A stretch of DNA of 32,000 nucleotides from Halomicrobium mukohataei DSM 12286. Its GTDB lineage: Archaea > Halobacteriota > Halobacteria > Halobacteriales > Haloarculaceae. The notes below the pieces were generated by a model. The model worked only from the letters and a program-made list of their open reading frames with translations. It did no database searches and was not told the origin of the DNA. Both the position numbers and the translations under genes were made by a program. Position 1 is the stretch's first letter. Every line of letters begins with the position of its first letter. Shown in pieces: positions 16,552 through 24,387 of this stretch. Where the stretch lies: contig NC_013202.1 in the NCBI RefSeq assembly GCF_000023965.1, positions 510,001 through 542,000 on the forward strand, read 5' to 3'.

Positions 16552-18393
16552 TCAGGGCGTCGGCAGCGGTTCCTGCGCCTCGATCAGAAGCTCCTCGGGG
16601 GAATCGGGCCTGGGCTCGTTCTCCAGGATCACGTCGATGGGGAGCGTCGGCGCACCGTCGACGAGGTTCTCCATCAGGACGAGTCGCTCGCGGGCGCGGC
16701 TCATGCCGACGTAGAACACGCGCCGTTCGTTGTCGGTCAGGGTCGGGATCGGATCGGTGTGCTTGGTGAACTCCTCGTCGCCCGGCACGTGGCGGTCGTT
16801 TTGCTCGACCTGTGCGGCCATCTGCTCGACGACCTTCTCGGTGAGGTCGGTGCCGACGAAGACGTGGTCGGCCTCGCGGCCCTTGGCGGAGTGAATCGTC
16901 CCCAGCCGGACCTGATCGGCGTCCATACCGGCGTACTCCCCGTGGAAGTAGGCCTCGACGGTCCGCTCCTGGAAGTTGGTCACCTTCCGGAGCATGTCGG
17001 CGGCGGCCCGCGGATCGGGCGCGAACGGTGCGTGTTCGCGGATCACGTCCGGATCCATCTCGATGTCCGCCAGATCGTCTTTCTCGCTGGCGTCTGCGAT
17101 CTCGTCGAGTTCGTCGAACAGGTCGTCGCGGTCGCCGGTCCCGAAAGCGGAGTCGGCGAGCATGTCCGCGAGCCGGCGACCCTCTAGCACGGAGAGGCGT
17201 TCGTCGGCGTCCAGCGCCTCGACGCCGCGAACGTACTCGGTGAGCCGGTCGGTCCACATCCGCTGGTCGGTCAGGCAGGTGAAGGGGATCCCCTCGCCGA
17301 TGAACTCGTCCATGAACTGGAACATCTGGTACCGCGCCCGAAAGAGGATCATCACGGTTCCCTCGTCGTCGTCGACGGTCCGGCGGATCTCGCGGACCAG
17401 ATCGAGCATCGAGGGGTTCAACATCGGCAACACCTCGCCGCCCTCCTTGCGCGGGTTGAGGTCTTTCTCCTGGCGCTTCTCGATGTGGCGCACCTCGCGG
17501 TTGACCACGTTGAGAATCGAGGACGGCAGTCGGTATGAGTTGGGCAGGACCTCGTCGACGTCGACGTCTTCCTCCAGCAACAGATCGGGGTCGGCACCCT
17601 GCCAGGCGTAGACGACCTGGTCGTCGTCGCCCGCGATGAGAATCTTCGTCATGCGGGGTTTCCACTCCTCGTACACGTCGTACTGGAGGGTGGTGATGTC
17701 CTGAAACTCGTCGATGATGAGGTACTCGACGTTGGGCAGCAGCGATCGCTGCTTGACCCGTTCGAGCATGTCTGCGAACCCGGTGAGGTCGTTGTCGCCC
17801 TTGTAGGTGCGCCAGGCGCGGATCGCTTCGGGCACGTCGAGTCGGTCGTCGTCGCCGGGCCAGGTCGGCGTGTACTTGTTGCCAGTCTGGGCGTTGTCGT
17901 CGATCTCGGGCGGAAGCCGGACCTCCTCCTCGTCCCACTTGAAGGGCACGTCGTACCAGTCGGCAACGTCTCGGCGAGTGCGCTGGAGCCACTGGCTCGT
18001 GGCGATGACCTTGTTCCCGAGCGTCGTCGAGCGGGCCGACCGACGGCGAGAGCCTTCGTACTCGTCTTCGAACTCCAGCCCGAACTCGTCACAGAAGTCC
18101 TCCTTGTCGGACTCGCCGACCACGTCGCCCCGAGAGAGGTCGAGCAGTTCGTACGCCTTCGCGTGCATCGTACAGACGTTCCCCTTCAGAGAACGTGGGT
18201 TGATGTCGAGTCGTTCGGCCAGTCGCTCGCGGATCTCGGCGGCGGCCGCACGGGTGTACGAGACGACCAGGATGTCGCGCACGTCGGCGTCGTCCTCGGA
18301 CAGCAGTTCTTCGACGCGGTCGAGCAGCGCCGTCGTCTTCCCGCTCCCCGGACCACCGAACAGCCGGACCACCTGCGGGCTCGTGTCAGTCAT
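16552..18393 (-). CDS. UvrD/Rep-family (SF1) DNA helicase
   Basis: Walker A GGPGSGKT near the N-terminus, followed by VVSYTRAAAAE, IIDEFQD, the ILIAGDDDQ-type motif, and C-terminal SAKGREADHVFV / YVGMSRARERLVL. The ATG at 18393 is preferred over the track start at 18417. Confidence 0.9.
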   Translation of the reverse strand: MTDTSPQVVRLFGGPGSGKTTALLDRVEELLSEDDADVRDILVVSYTRAAAAEIRERLAERLDINPRSLKGNVCTMHAKAYELLDLSRGDVVGESDKEDFCDEFGLEFEDEYEGSRRRSARSTTLGNKVIATSQWLQRTRRDVADWYDVPFKWDEEEVRLPPEIDDNAQTGNKYTPTWPGDDDRLDVPEAIRAWRTYKGDNDLTGFADMLERVKQRSLLPNVEYLIIDEFQDITTLQYDVYEEWKPRMTKILIAGDDDQVVYAWQGADPDLLLEEDVDVDEVLPNSYRLPSSILNVVNREVRHIEKRQEKDLNPRKEGGEVLPMLNPSMLDLVREIRRTVDDDEGTVMILFRARYQMFQFMDEFIGEGIPFTCLTDQRMWTDRLTEYVRGVEALDADERLSVLEGRRLADMLADSAFGTGDRDDLFDELDEIADASEKDDLADIEMDPDVIREHAPFAPDPRAAADMLRKVTNFQERTVEAYFHGEYAGMDADQVRLGTIHSAKGREADHVFVGTDLTEKVVEQMAAQVEQNDRHVPGDEEFTKHTDPIPTLTDNERRVFYVGMSRARERLVLMENLVDGAPTLPIDVILENEPRPDSPEELLIEAQEPLPTP

Positions 18394-18502
18394 TGCACAC
18401 AGAAACGGGCCGCTCACTCATAAACGACGTGCTTTCTACGGGGTGGTGTTCGGCGTCGCTGGCGACGCGAGAAGACAGATCGGAGACGACAGCGAAGGCG
18501 TC

Positions 18503-18661
18503 CTACGAGTGTCGGGGAGACCGTGCCTCCCGAACGTCTGCGCCGTCACGGATCATGTCCTCGCAGTCGGGACAGACCCGCGGGTCGGTGTCTTCTTGAG
18601 GTGTGAACACGCGTACGTAGTCTTTGGTCACGAACGAACCGCAGTTCTGGCACTTTGGCAT
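18503..18661 (-). CDS. Small zinc-ribbon protein (52 aa, two CxxC pairs)
   Basis: MPKCQNCGSFVTKDYVRVFTPQEDTDPRVCPDCEDMIRDGADVREARSPRHS. It is hidden at the end of the spurious 152-aa track ORF 18503..18961. A TATA-like AATATAAGTA lies upstream. Confidence 0.65.
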   Translation of the reverse strand: MPKCQNCGSFVTKDYVRVFTPQEDTDPRVCPDCEDMIRDGADVREARSPRHS

Positions 18662-18797
18662 GGACTCTCTCCCAACGTAACCCATACTGGTTATCGCTAA
18701 TATAAGTATCGCCGATTTACATAATGATCGTTCCAGTCGTGGCAGCCACACACTGCTCACACGACTGTGCTGGATCGCACACGGACAGTCGGCACCG

Positions 18798-19109
18798 TCA
18801 CCGGTACAGAGAGAGATACAGCATGCTGAAGCCGATGATGAAGGGAATCGTCTCCGCGAACTGGAAGAACAGGCGGGTGGCCTCGCCGGTGTCGCTGACA
18901 CTGAGCTGGGTGATGACACTCGAAACCGCGACCCCCATACTGATGAACGCGAAGCCGACAAAGGCCGCCTGGAGCCGTTCGGAGGGACGCTTTCGGTAGG
19001 CCTGGAAGCTGATCAGGGTAATTCCCAGCGTCAGGCCGAACACGACCATACGTAACAGTGCCAACACCCCACTCGCGATCACGACTCCATCGACCATCCT
19101 ACCTACCAC
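18798..19109 (-). CDS. Hypothetical 3-TM membrane protein, coupled to the upstream wHTH regulator
   Basis: 103-aa ORF with three hydrophobic spans. A GTG start follows the regulator stop directly; an alternative ATG is at 19097. Confidence 0.65.
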   Translation of the reverse strand: MVGRMVDGVVIASGVLALLRMVVFGLTLGITLISFQAYRKRPSERLQAAFVGFAFISMGVAVSSVITQLSVSDTGEATRLFFQFAETIPFIIGFSMLYLSLYR

Positions 19110-19460
19110 CTAGTCGGGGTTGAGCTCGTCCCAGAGCTGACTGAAACGGTCTGGGAGGTTCTCTTCGCGGTAGATCCGGACCTTGTACTCGTCGTCTTCC
19201 AGCGAGATGACCGTCGACTCGAAGTTCGACTCGTACACCTTGTAGTGGTTCCCGTCGTCGGCGACGAGTGTGCGAGCCGTCACCAGTTCGTACTCGGTGA
19301 GCATCTCGATGCGGCGATACACCGTCGGCAGCGACATATCGCACTCCTCGGCGAGTTCCTTCGCCGACTGGGACTCGCGACTGATCGCGGCCAACACCTG
19401 CCTGGCGTGCTGGTCACCGATCGTGTCGAGGATCTCTTCGATGCTCTTCTCGTCGTTCAC
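19110..19460 (-). CDS. Winged helix-turn-helix transcription regulator (ArsR/TrmB-like)
   Basis: 116-aa ORF with GTG start and an HTH core: ARQVLAAISRESQSAKELAEECDMSLPTVYRRIEMLTEYELV. Confidence 0.8.
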   Translation of the reverse strand: MNDEKSIEEILDTIGDQHARQVLAAISRESQSAKELAEECDMSLPTVYRRIEMLTEYELVTARTLVADDGNHYKVYESNFESTVISLEDDEYKVRIYREENLPDRFSQLWDELNPD

Positions 19461-19592
19461 TACCGGATGCTTCTCCTCTCGTCATATAAGCGTTTTCAGC
19501 CGACGGGGTTCTTTCAGATCCAGAAAACACTGGTGGGAACTTATGCACGGACCAGCCGTACGTCAGTGTGCGGATCGACTCCAGGTGACCAC

Positions 19593-20093
19593 ATGACCGA
19601 AGACGAACTCCGTCACGTTCCGACGGGCGATGCAGGACACGCCAGCGCCGACGAGCGCTTGACCCCCCTCGTCGGCGGGCGCGACACCGAGACGTCGTCC
19701 GACCGATCGAGCCGTGACGGCGTGCCAGAGACGCTACTATCTTCGGTCGGCGAGACCCTCGCCGATGGCGACGCCGCAATCGACGAGGGTCTCGTGACCC
19801 AGAGCCTGGACGAGATCCTCCTCGCGTTGATCGCGTCTTCGACCGATCAAACGCACGGCACAGAGCTGATGGACGAACTGGAGCGGTGTTTCGACGCCCA
19901 GTTGAGCCCAGGAACGGTCTACCCCCGACTCCACGAGCTCGACTCCGAGGGACTCCTCGAGATGCACGAGCTCGTCCAGACCAAGCAGTACTCGATCAGC
20001 GACGACCCCGCTGCTCGAGACCGCATCGAACGCGCAGTGTATCAACACCTCGCGATCGGCATGTTCCTGCACGCGTCACTCGACGACGCGTAA
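19593..20093 (+). CDS. PadR-family transcription regulator
   Basis: After an acidic disordered N-terminus, the ATG at 19593 gives the PadR core ILLALIASSTDQTHGTELMDELERCFDAQLSPGTVYPRLHELDSEGLLEM. The upstream part of track ORF 19245.. overlaps the divergent regulator and was rejected. Confidence 0.75.
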   Translation: MTEDELRHVPTGDAGHASADERLTPLVGGRDTETSSDRSSRDGVPETLLSSVGETLADGDAAIDEGLVTQSLDEILLALIASSTDQTHGTELMDELERCFDAQLSPGTVYPRLHELDSEGLLEMHELVQTKQYSISDDPAARDRIERAVYQHLAIGMFLHASLDDA

Positions 20094-20339
20094 CTCCGTC
20101 AGAACTGACCCCCCAACTCTCTCTCCCCCCTCTCGACGTTCGAGAGCGACGGTGACGCTTCGAGCACCACCGGTCGACGTTGCGTGAGGCTGCCGTCGGT
20201 CACTACCGCACGAGCTTCGTCACGCTGTGACAGCAGGAGATTTCACGGACAGACAGCCACCGCTACGGAGGACATTGCCACGAGACGAGCCAGCAAACGC
20301 CAGTACGACGGACAGTTGGGCGTGTGTGCTGCTGGGGAG

Positions 20340-20519
20340 TCAGTTAGCGGGTCCCCAGCCACACACCGAGCACTCTGTGGCCGCTCCGTCGTGAAGACCG
20401 CCACAATCCGGACACTGTTTCTTGTTGTAGCTTTCTTCCCAGCCGCTCGTTTCGACGTCGTGACCGCGCTGGGACAGGAACTCGTCGATCATGTCGTCGG
20501 TACTCGGTGCGGTCGCCAT
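20340..20519 (-). CDS. Small zinc-finger protein (59 aa, CPxCG-type)
   Basis: MATAPSTDDMIDEFLSQRGHDVETSGWEESYNKKQCPDCGGLHDGAATECSVCGWGPAN. TATATA at 20544-20549 sits about 27 nt upstream of the ATG (leaderless spacing). Confidence 0.65.
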   Translation of the reverse strand: MATAPSTDDMIDEFLSQRGHDVETSGWEESYNKKQCPDCGGLHDGAATECSVCGWGPAN

Positions 20520-21045
20520 ACATGCTATGGTATACCACACCAGTATATAGCTCTATTGGTATCGACCCATGTTGCCAGGACACACGGTACGGAGAGGCGA
20601 CTGGACACCGTTGGCCCTCACGTCGTCGCGACCGGCGTCCCGACGACGCGGCGACAGTCTACAGAGAGGGTCGGCCGACACTGTCGCTGTGTCGCAGTCT
20701 CCCGGCTCAGTGTGGCGACGTTCCGTACCGCCAGTAGCGTGGACGAAGTAGAAAGCATCCGACCGTATCGATGTCACTCGACGGTCGAAAACGGAAAGGA
20801 AGGGTGGTGGGGGTGGGTGGTGGGTGCTGGCACCGGGATGGTGCCGTACCTGAAACGAGGAGGTGATGGATGATAAAAACAGTGGCCAGAGTATCACAGA
20901 CAATAACTGGAACAGGGCAGAGCACGGCAGTGGCGAGGTGCTGGATGTCCCTTTAGTAGCTGGAATCACGTGAGAACATTCGACAGTACGTCGACGAGCG
21001 CCTCGAAACCGGCGGCGAGACGAGCAGCGTCGACAAAGAACTCGA

Positions 21046-21121
21046 TGGGCCCTGGCGGATTTGAACCACCGCTCAATCGGTTATGAGCCGATCGCTTTGA
21101 ACCAGACTAAGCTAAGGGCCC
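21046..21121 (-). tRNA. tRNA with anticodon CAT (Met, or Ile2 if the C34 is modified)
   Basis: The reverse complement GGGCCCTTAGCTTAGTCTGGTTCAAAGCGATCGGCTCATAACCGATTGAGCGGTGGTTCAAATCCGCCAGGGCCCA folds as a cloverleaf, with anticodon loop CTCATAA. Met and Ile2 cannot be told apart from sequence alone. Confidence 0.9.
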
Positions 21122-21238
21122 TCGTACGTCCGTATCCCACCGGCCGACAAAATTCTACCGTCTCGTTGCGGCGGCGGCGAGACACTCGCCACGGGCCGCT
21201 CGACGGAACTGTGCGGTTAGCTCGGGAGTCGACGACGG

Positions 21239-21265
21239 GAGAAGCGCCACCGCCAGGGCTCGAAC
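21239..21265 (-). repeat. Exact 27-nt duplicate of the tRNA-Asn 3' end plus 6 nt of trailer (orphan fragment, att-like)
   Basis: GAGAAGCGCCACCGCCAGGGCTCGAAC at 21239-21265 is identical to 21385-21411. Confidence 0.85.
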
Positions 21266-21390
21266 AGGTGCAAGACCGTCCTGCTCACTTCGTTGTGCGG
21301 GCTGGGACTCGCGTGCTCGATCCCTGTACGAGGCACGCACTCGGCGCGCTGACGGTTCGCTTTGCTCACCGTGATACGCGCCGAGAGAAG

Positions 21391-21463
21391 CGCCACCGCC
21401 AGGGCTCGAACCTGGGACAACCACGTTAACAGCGTGGTGCTCTACCAACTGAGCTACGGCGGC
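21391..21463 (-). tRNA. tRNA-Asn (anticodon GTT)
   Basis: The reverse complement GCCGCCGTAGCTCAGTTGGTAGAGCACCACGCTGTTAACGTGGTTGTCCCAGGTTCGAGCCCTGGCGGTGGCG folds as a cloverleaf, with anticodon loop CTGTTAA. Confidence 0.95.
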
Positions 21464-21555
21464 TCTGTCCCATCATAGCCCGAGTTGTTAAATAGGACTT
21501 TCGCTTTCCGTCGTCCATCGACACGCTTTCACGCACTCCTCGCAAAGCCGGGGGC

Positions 21556-22908
21556 ATGAGCGACGAGGTCGACGCCGTGGTCGAGCGGGTTCGCGAGCGG
21601 GTGACTCCCGGCGACGACGAGCGCGCGGAGTTGCAGGCGGTCGCAGACAGACTCACCGAGCGGGGCGAGGACGCGATCGCGTCGTTGCCCGTCGACGCGC
21701 ACGTCGTGCGGGTGGGCTCGACGGCGCGCGGGACGTGGACGGCGGGCGATCGAGACCTGGACCTGTTCGTCTGTTTCCCTCCCGAGCTCGACCGCGAGGA
21801 GTTAGAGGAGTACGGGCTCTCGGTCGGCCACGCCGTGTTGCCGGCGGGCCACGAGGAGTACGCTGAGCACCCTTACGTCAAGGGCACCGTCGACGGGTAC
21901 GACGTGGATCTGGTGCCGTGTTACGACGTCGCCGACGCGGCGTCGATCCAGTCGGCGGTCGACCGGACGCCGTTTCACACGCGCTATCTCGCCGAGCGGC
22001 TCGACGAGACGCTGGCGGCGGACGTGCGGGTCTGCAAGCAGTTCATGAAGGCGATCGGCGTCTACGGCAGCGACCTCAGGACGGAGGGGTTCTCCGGTTA
22101 CCTGACGGAGCTGCTCGTGCTCGAACACGACGGGTTCCGGCCGCTCGTCGAGGCCGCGGCGGCGTGGACGCCGCCGGTCGAGTTCGATCCGGCCGACCAC
22201 GGACGGGAGAGTTTCGACGATCCGCTCGTCGTGATCGATCCCACGGACCCGGAGCGAAACGTCGCGGCGGTGTTGTCGACAGAGCAACTGGCGACGTTCC
22301 AGCACTACGCACGCGAGCTGGCAGCCGAGCCACGAACGGACCTGTTCGAGCCCAGCGAGTCCGAGCCGGTCGACGCCGAGACGGTCCGGGCGTGGTTCGA
22401 GCGGCGGGGGACGACGCCGGTCGCGGTGCGGTTCGACGCGCCGGATCTCGTCGACGATCAGCTCTGGCCCCAACTCGAACGGTCGCTGTCGGGAGTGACC
22501 GACGCCTTGAATCGGCGCGGGTTCGACGTGCTCCGCTCGGCGGCGTTCGCAGACGAGACGGCCGTCTTGCTCGCAGAACTGGAAGTGGCCGAGCGGCCCG
22601 CGGTCGAGCGCCACGAGGGGCCGCCGGTCCACGTCCGGGACCACGCCGAGGGATTCTACGAGACGTACGCAGACAGTGACGCGACGGGACCGTACGTCGA
22701 CGGCGATCGGTACGTCGTCGAACGCGACCGCGAGTTCGCGACGGCGTCGGCGTTCCTGCGAAGCGACGCGCTGTCGAACGTGGCGCTGGGGACGCACGTC
22801 GCGTCGGCGCTCGAATCGGAGTACGAGGTGCTGGTCGGCGAGGAGGTCGCGCCCCTGGCAGGCGAGTTCGGCGTCGAACTCGCAGACTACGTCGATCCGA
22901 AGCCCTGA
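21556..22908 (+). CDS. cca: CCA-adding enzyme (archaeal class I tRNA nucleotidyltransferase)
   Basis: 450-aa ORF with the VGSTARGTW...DLDLFV nucleotidyltransferase motif and DRTPFHTRYL. The length is typical of archaeal Cca. Confidence 0.92.
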   Translation: MSDEVDAVVERVRERVTPGDDERAELQAVADRLTERGEDAIASLPVDAHVVRVGSTARGTWTAGDRDLDLFVCFPPELDREELEEYGLSVGHAVLPAGHEEYAEHPYVKGTVDGYDVDLVPCYDVADAASIQSAVDRTPFHTRYLAERLDETLAADVRVCKQFMKAIGVYGSDLRTEGFSGYLTELLVLEHDGFRPLVEAAAAWTPPVEFDPADHGRESFDDPLVVIDPTDPERNVAAVLSTEQLATFQHYARELAAEPRTDLFEPSESEPVDAETVRAWFERRGTTPVAVRFDAPDLVDDQLWPQLERSLSGVTDALNRRGFDVLRSAAFADETAVLLAELEVAERPAVERHEGPPVHVRDHAEGFYETYADSDATGPYVDGDRYVVERDREFATASAFLRSDALSNVALGTHVASALESEYEVLVGEEVAPLAGEFGVELADYVDPKP

Positions 22909-23894
22909 TCGACCAGAGCGTCGAGCACGTCGCGGGCGTCCTCGCTGACCGATCCGTCGGGCTGTGAGGGCTGGTAGCCGTCGAAGACCTCGTGGACGGT
23001 CGTGAGGCTGTCGGTCAGGGTATCGAGACTGTAGCCGCCTTCGAGAACGAAGCCGAGGCCGGCGTCACAGCGGTCGGTGAGGTCGCGCATCCGCTGGGTG
23101 AGGAGTCCGTACCCCTCCGAGGAGACCCGCATCCGGGAGATCGGATCGTGGCGATGGGCGTCGAAGCCGGCGCTGACCAGCAGGAGGTCGGGATCGAACG
23201 ACTCGATCTCCGGGGCGATCAGCTCGTCGACGGCAGCCAGGTAGTCGACGGTGTCGGCACCGGGATCGTAGGGGACGTTGAGAGTCCTCATCGCGCCGTC
23301 ACCGGTCCCCGTCTCGTCGACCTCGCCGGTCCCCGGATACAGGCCCTCCTCGTGGATCGACGCGTAGAAGATGTCGTCGCGGTCGTAGCAGATGTCCTGG
23401 GTCCCGTTGCCGTGGTGAACGTCCCAGTCGAAGATCGCGACCCCGTCGGCACCCTCGTCGAGGGCCGACTGGGCGGCGACGACGGCGTTGTCGACGAAGC
23501 AAAATCCCATCGCGTCGTCCGCGACCGCGTGGTGGCCGGGCGGACGGCCGAGCGCGAACGGCGTCTCGCGACCGTCGTCGCCGTCCAGCGCCGAGAGCGC
23601 GGCCCACTCGGCGAGGCCGGCACTGGCGAGTGCGGCCTTCCAGGTGTCCTCGACGGCGACGGTGTCTGCGTCCCAGTTGCCGCCACCCTCCTGGCAGAAC
23701 GCCTTGATCTCCTCGACGTAGTCGGGATCGTGGACCTTGCAGATCAGTTCCTCGTCGGCGTCGCCCGCGGCGACGTACTCGACGCCGTGGTATTCCGCGA
23801 GGCCCCGCCTGATCGCCCGGAGTCGATCGGCACTCTCGGGGTGGCGCGGACCCGTGTCGTGGTCGAGGCAGACCTCGCGGTAGCCGAAGTTCAT
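22887..23894 (-). CDS. hdaI: Class II histone deacetylase-family protein (HdaI-type)
   Basis: 335-aa ORF with RPPGHHA, DWDVHHGNGTQ and the GGY-type C-terminal motif (EGGYS). The start codon directly follows the histone stop (TGAATG), so the two are co-transcribed. The 3' end overlaps cca by 22 nt. Confidence 0.9.
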   Translation of the reverse strand: MNFGYREVCLDHDTGPRHPESADRLRAIRRGLAEYHGVEYVAAGDADEELICKVHDPDYVEEIKAFCQEGGGNWDADTVAVEDTWKAALASAGLAEWAALSALDGDDGRETPFALGRPPGHHAVADDAMGFCFVDNAVVAAQSALDEGADGVAIFDWDVHHGNGTQDICYDRDDIFYASIHEEGLYPGTGEVDETGTGDGAMRTLNVPYDPGADTVDYLAAVDELIAPEIESFDPDLLLVSAGFDAHRHDPISRMRVSSEGYGLLTQRMRDLTDRCDAGLGFVLEGGYSLDTLTDSLTTVHEVFDGYQPSQPDGSVSEDARDVLDALVDQGFGST

Positions 23895-24332
23895 TCAGTA
23901 GTACTGCCGCAGTTCGAAGTACGTCTCGACGTCCTCTGCCTTGATCGTCCGCCGGTCGGCGTGGCGGGCGAGCGTCGCGGCGGCCGCTGCCACGTCGTCG
24001 GCGTACGCTTCGAGGATGTCGGCGAGCGCGACCCGGGCGTCCATCGCGACCCGGTAGCTGTCGTCGATGTCGAGCCGTGCGATCCGGTCGACCGGCGCGA
24101 CCGGCAGCTCCAGTTCGTCTTTGTCTCGGACGCCCTCGGTGTCGAAGTCCTCGGGCATCAAGGTCTTTCGTCCGTCCGCCGTCGCCGTCTCGGCGGCGTC
24201 GGCGGCCAGTCGCGCCCCGTACTCCTGGATCCGGCGAGCCAGTTCCTCGGCGGCTTCGGCACTGACACGCAACCCACCCGCGTTCCGCCGGATCACGGAA
24301 TCGACCGGCGCGAACGGTAGCTCGACGCTCAT
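23895..24332 (-). CDS. Archaeal histone, tandem two-fold doublet (HstA/HpyA type)
   Basis: 145 aa with two histone-fold halves, each starting ELPxAPVDR/S (SVELPFAPVDSVIRR ; LELPVAPVDRIARL). The ATG at 24332 is preferred; the track start is a TTG. Confidence 0.88.
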   Translation of the reverse strand: MSVELPFAPVDSVIRRNAGGLRVSAEAAEELARRIQEYGARLAADAAETATADGRKTLMPEDFDTEGVRDKDELELPVAPVDRIARLDIDDSYRVAMDARVALADILEAYADDVAAAAATLARHADRRTIKAEDVETYFELRQYY

Positions 24333-24387
24333 ACACAAAGGCGGGACTGTCGCAGCCTTAAGAGTTTCCGTAACTGCGCTCGGCGCG

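Noticed and set aside
18503-18961. The 152-aa track ORF on the minus strand.
   Set aside because: Only its last 52 codons, from the ATG at 18661, look like a protein (the zinc ribbon). The upstream part is Ser/Arg/Pro-rich, overlaps the neighbouring membrane-protein gene (18798..19109) and crosses the likely promoter.
20960-21062. A coding-like fragment overlapping tRNA-Met antisense, read as the split N-terminal half of an SSV-type (suicidal) integrase.
   Set aside because: It has only about 31 open codons, no start codon, no integrase motif that I can recognise and no partner fragment. It is kept only as a remark inside the 20540-21045 finding.
21122-21238. A possible degenerate extra copy of the ~80-nt palindromic element between the tRNA-Asn fragment and tRNA-Met (GTCCGTAT, CGCCACGGG and ACGGAACTGT-like pieces).
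   Set aside because: The matching pieces are short (8-10 nt) and their order does not fit a simple copy in either orientation. They cannot be distinguished from chance by eye.
21061-21448. ORFs 21061..21429 (+), 21155..21448 (-) and 21217..21420 (-).
   Set aside because: They overlap tRNA-Met and tRNA-Asn and the spacer between them, and their composition is Arg/Ser/Pro-rich. They are not credible genes.
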